A stretch of DNA of 64,000 nt, taken from assembly GCF_006345805.1 (NCBI RefSeq), contig NC_043004.1, forward strand, positions 70,494,001 through 70,558,000, written 5' to 3'. This DNA comes from Octopus sinensis (taxonomy: Eukaryota). Below the pieces are notes generated by a model that was not told the DNA's origin, did not search any database, and worked only from the letters and a program-made list of their open reading frames with translations. The number at the start of each line of letters is the position of its first letter. The stretch's first letter is position 1. Of the stretch, positions 62,701 to 64,000 are shown in pieces. A program made the translations under genes and the position numbers.

Positions 62701-62729
<29 letters not shown>

Positions 62730-62959
62730 AATTCTTACTACAAAAGGCACAAGGCCTGAAATTTGGAGGGAGGGGAGTAGTCGATTACATCAACCCCAGT
62801 GTTCCACTGGTACTTAATTTATTGGCTCTGAAAGGGTGAAAGGCAAAGTTGACCTTGGCGGAATTTGAACTCAAAACACGAAGACAGATGAAATGTTGCC
62901 AAGCATTTTGCCCAACGTGCTAACAATTCTGCCGGTTCACCACCTTAATAATAATAATG

Positions 62960-62992
<33 letters not shown>

Positions 62993-63812
62993 GTAATAGT
63001 AATCCTTTCTACTATGTCTGAAATTTGGGAGAGGGAGCTAGTTGATCACATCGACTTCTGTGTTTCACCAGTACTTAATTTATTGACTCTGAAAGGATGA
63101 AAGGCAAAATCGACCTTGGCAGAATTTGAACTCAGAACATAAGATGGTGGTGATATTCTTTTCTATTATAGGCACAAGGCCTGAAATTTCAGGGGTAAGT
63201 TGAATTCATTGACCCCAGTGTTCAACTCTACTTATTGTATTGACCCTGAAAGGATGAAAGGTAAAGTCGACCTCAGAGGAATGTTAATAATAATAATAAT
63301 AATAATAATAATGATTATTATTATTATTATTATTATAACAATAATAATTTGGTCTTAAATTTTGGCATAAAGCCAGCGATTTCAGGTAAGGATTAGGTCA
63401 ATTACATCAACACCAGTGTTCAACTGGTACTTATTTTATCAATCCAGGAAGGATAAAAAGCAAAGTTGACTTCAGTGGGATTTGAACTCAGAACATACAG
63501 ACAGGCAACATGCTGCTAAGCATCTTGCCCAGTGTGCGAATAATTTTGCTAGCTTGCTGCCTTAGTGACTTTTTTTATTTGCCACAAGGGTATCATATTA
63601 TGAGGACATTCTTTTCTACTCTAGGCACAAGGCCTGAAATTTTGGAGGAGGTGGCCAGTCAATTAGATTGACCCAAGTACACAACTGGTACTTAATTTAT
63701 TAACCATGAAAGGATGAAAGGCAAAGTCAACCTTGGCAGAATTTGAACTCAGAATGTTAAGACAGACGAAATACAAAGCATTTCGCCGGGTGTGCCAACA
63801 TTTCTGCCAGCT
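62730..63812 (-). mobile_element. Cluster of five co-oriented SINE family B copies
   Basis: Copies at ~62730, 63003, 63160, 63350 and 63608, partly separated by (TAA)n. Confidence 0.85.
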
Positions 63813-64000
63813 TGCTGATTACAAAGACAGTTTACAATTTGTCTCGGGGTTTTACATCAGAAATGAAGGTCAAGAAAGGGATAGGAGGGTGAAATCAGAT
63901 TTAAATGAAATACAAAATATGTGAATACATGAACCACACATGATGCACTTCTGATACAGAAGAATCTTTAACTAGGACCAGTCAAATTCAACAGACCCAG

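Overview
This window is AT-rich, microsatellite-dense eukaryotic DNA. I recognise its interspersed repeats, from memory and without a search, as those of octopus (coleoid cephalopod) genomes. No intact protein-coding gene could be recognised, and almost all of the supplied ORFs are translations of (TA)n, (CA)n, (CAT)n, (TAA)n or (GATA)n repeats; the window looks intronic or intergenic, with only weak candidate mini-exons. It is dominated by tRNA-derived SINEs (families A, B, C and E are my own labels) and RTE LINE fragments. It also holds a decayed Penelope-like reverse transcriptase, two R4/Dong-like restriction-like-endonuclease (RLE) retrotransposon 3' ends in (TAA)n, two DD37D (maT-type) Tc1/mariner relics, other mariner and Tc1 relics, two non-autonomous Helitrons, a foldback MITE, a 51-bp minisatellite and a ~625-bp tandem duplication. 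The most notable observations are: three type I hammerhead-ribozyme folds in Penelope-type terminal-repeat remnants embedded in (TA)n, two of them inside inverted repeats; a ~550-bp non-coding element flanked by (TAA)n that may parasitise the Dong-like machinery; a Helitron carrying a captured open reading frame; and a mariner with two 5' ends. All coordinates and identities were read by eye, and repeat boundaries are approximate.
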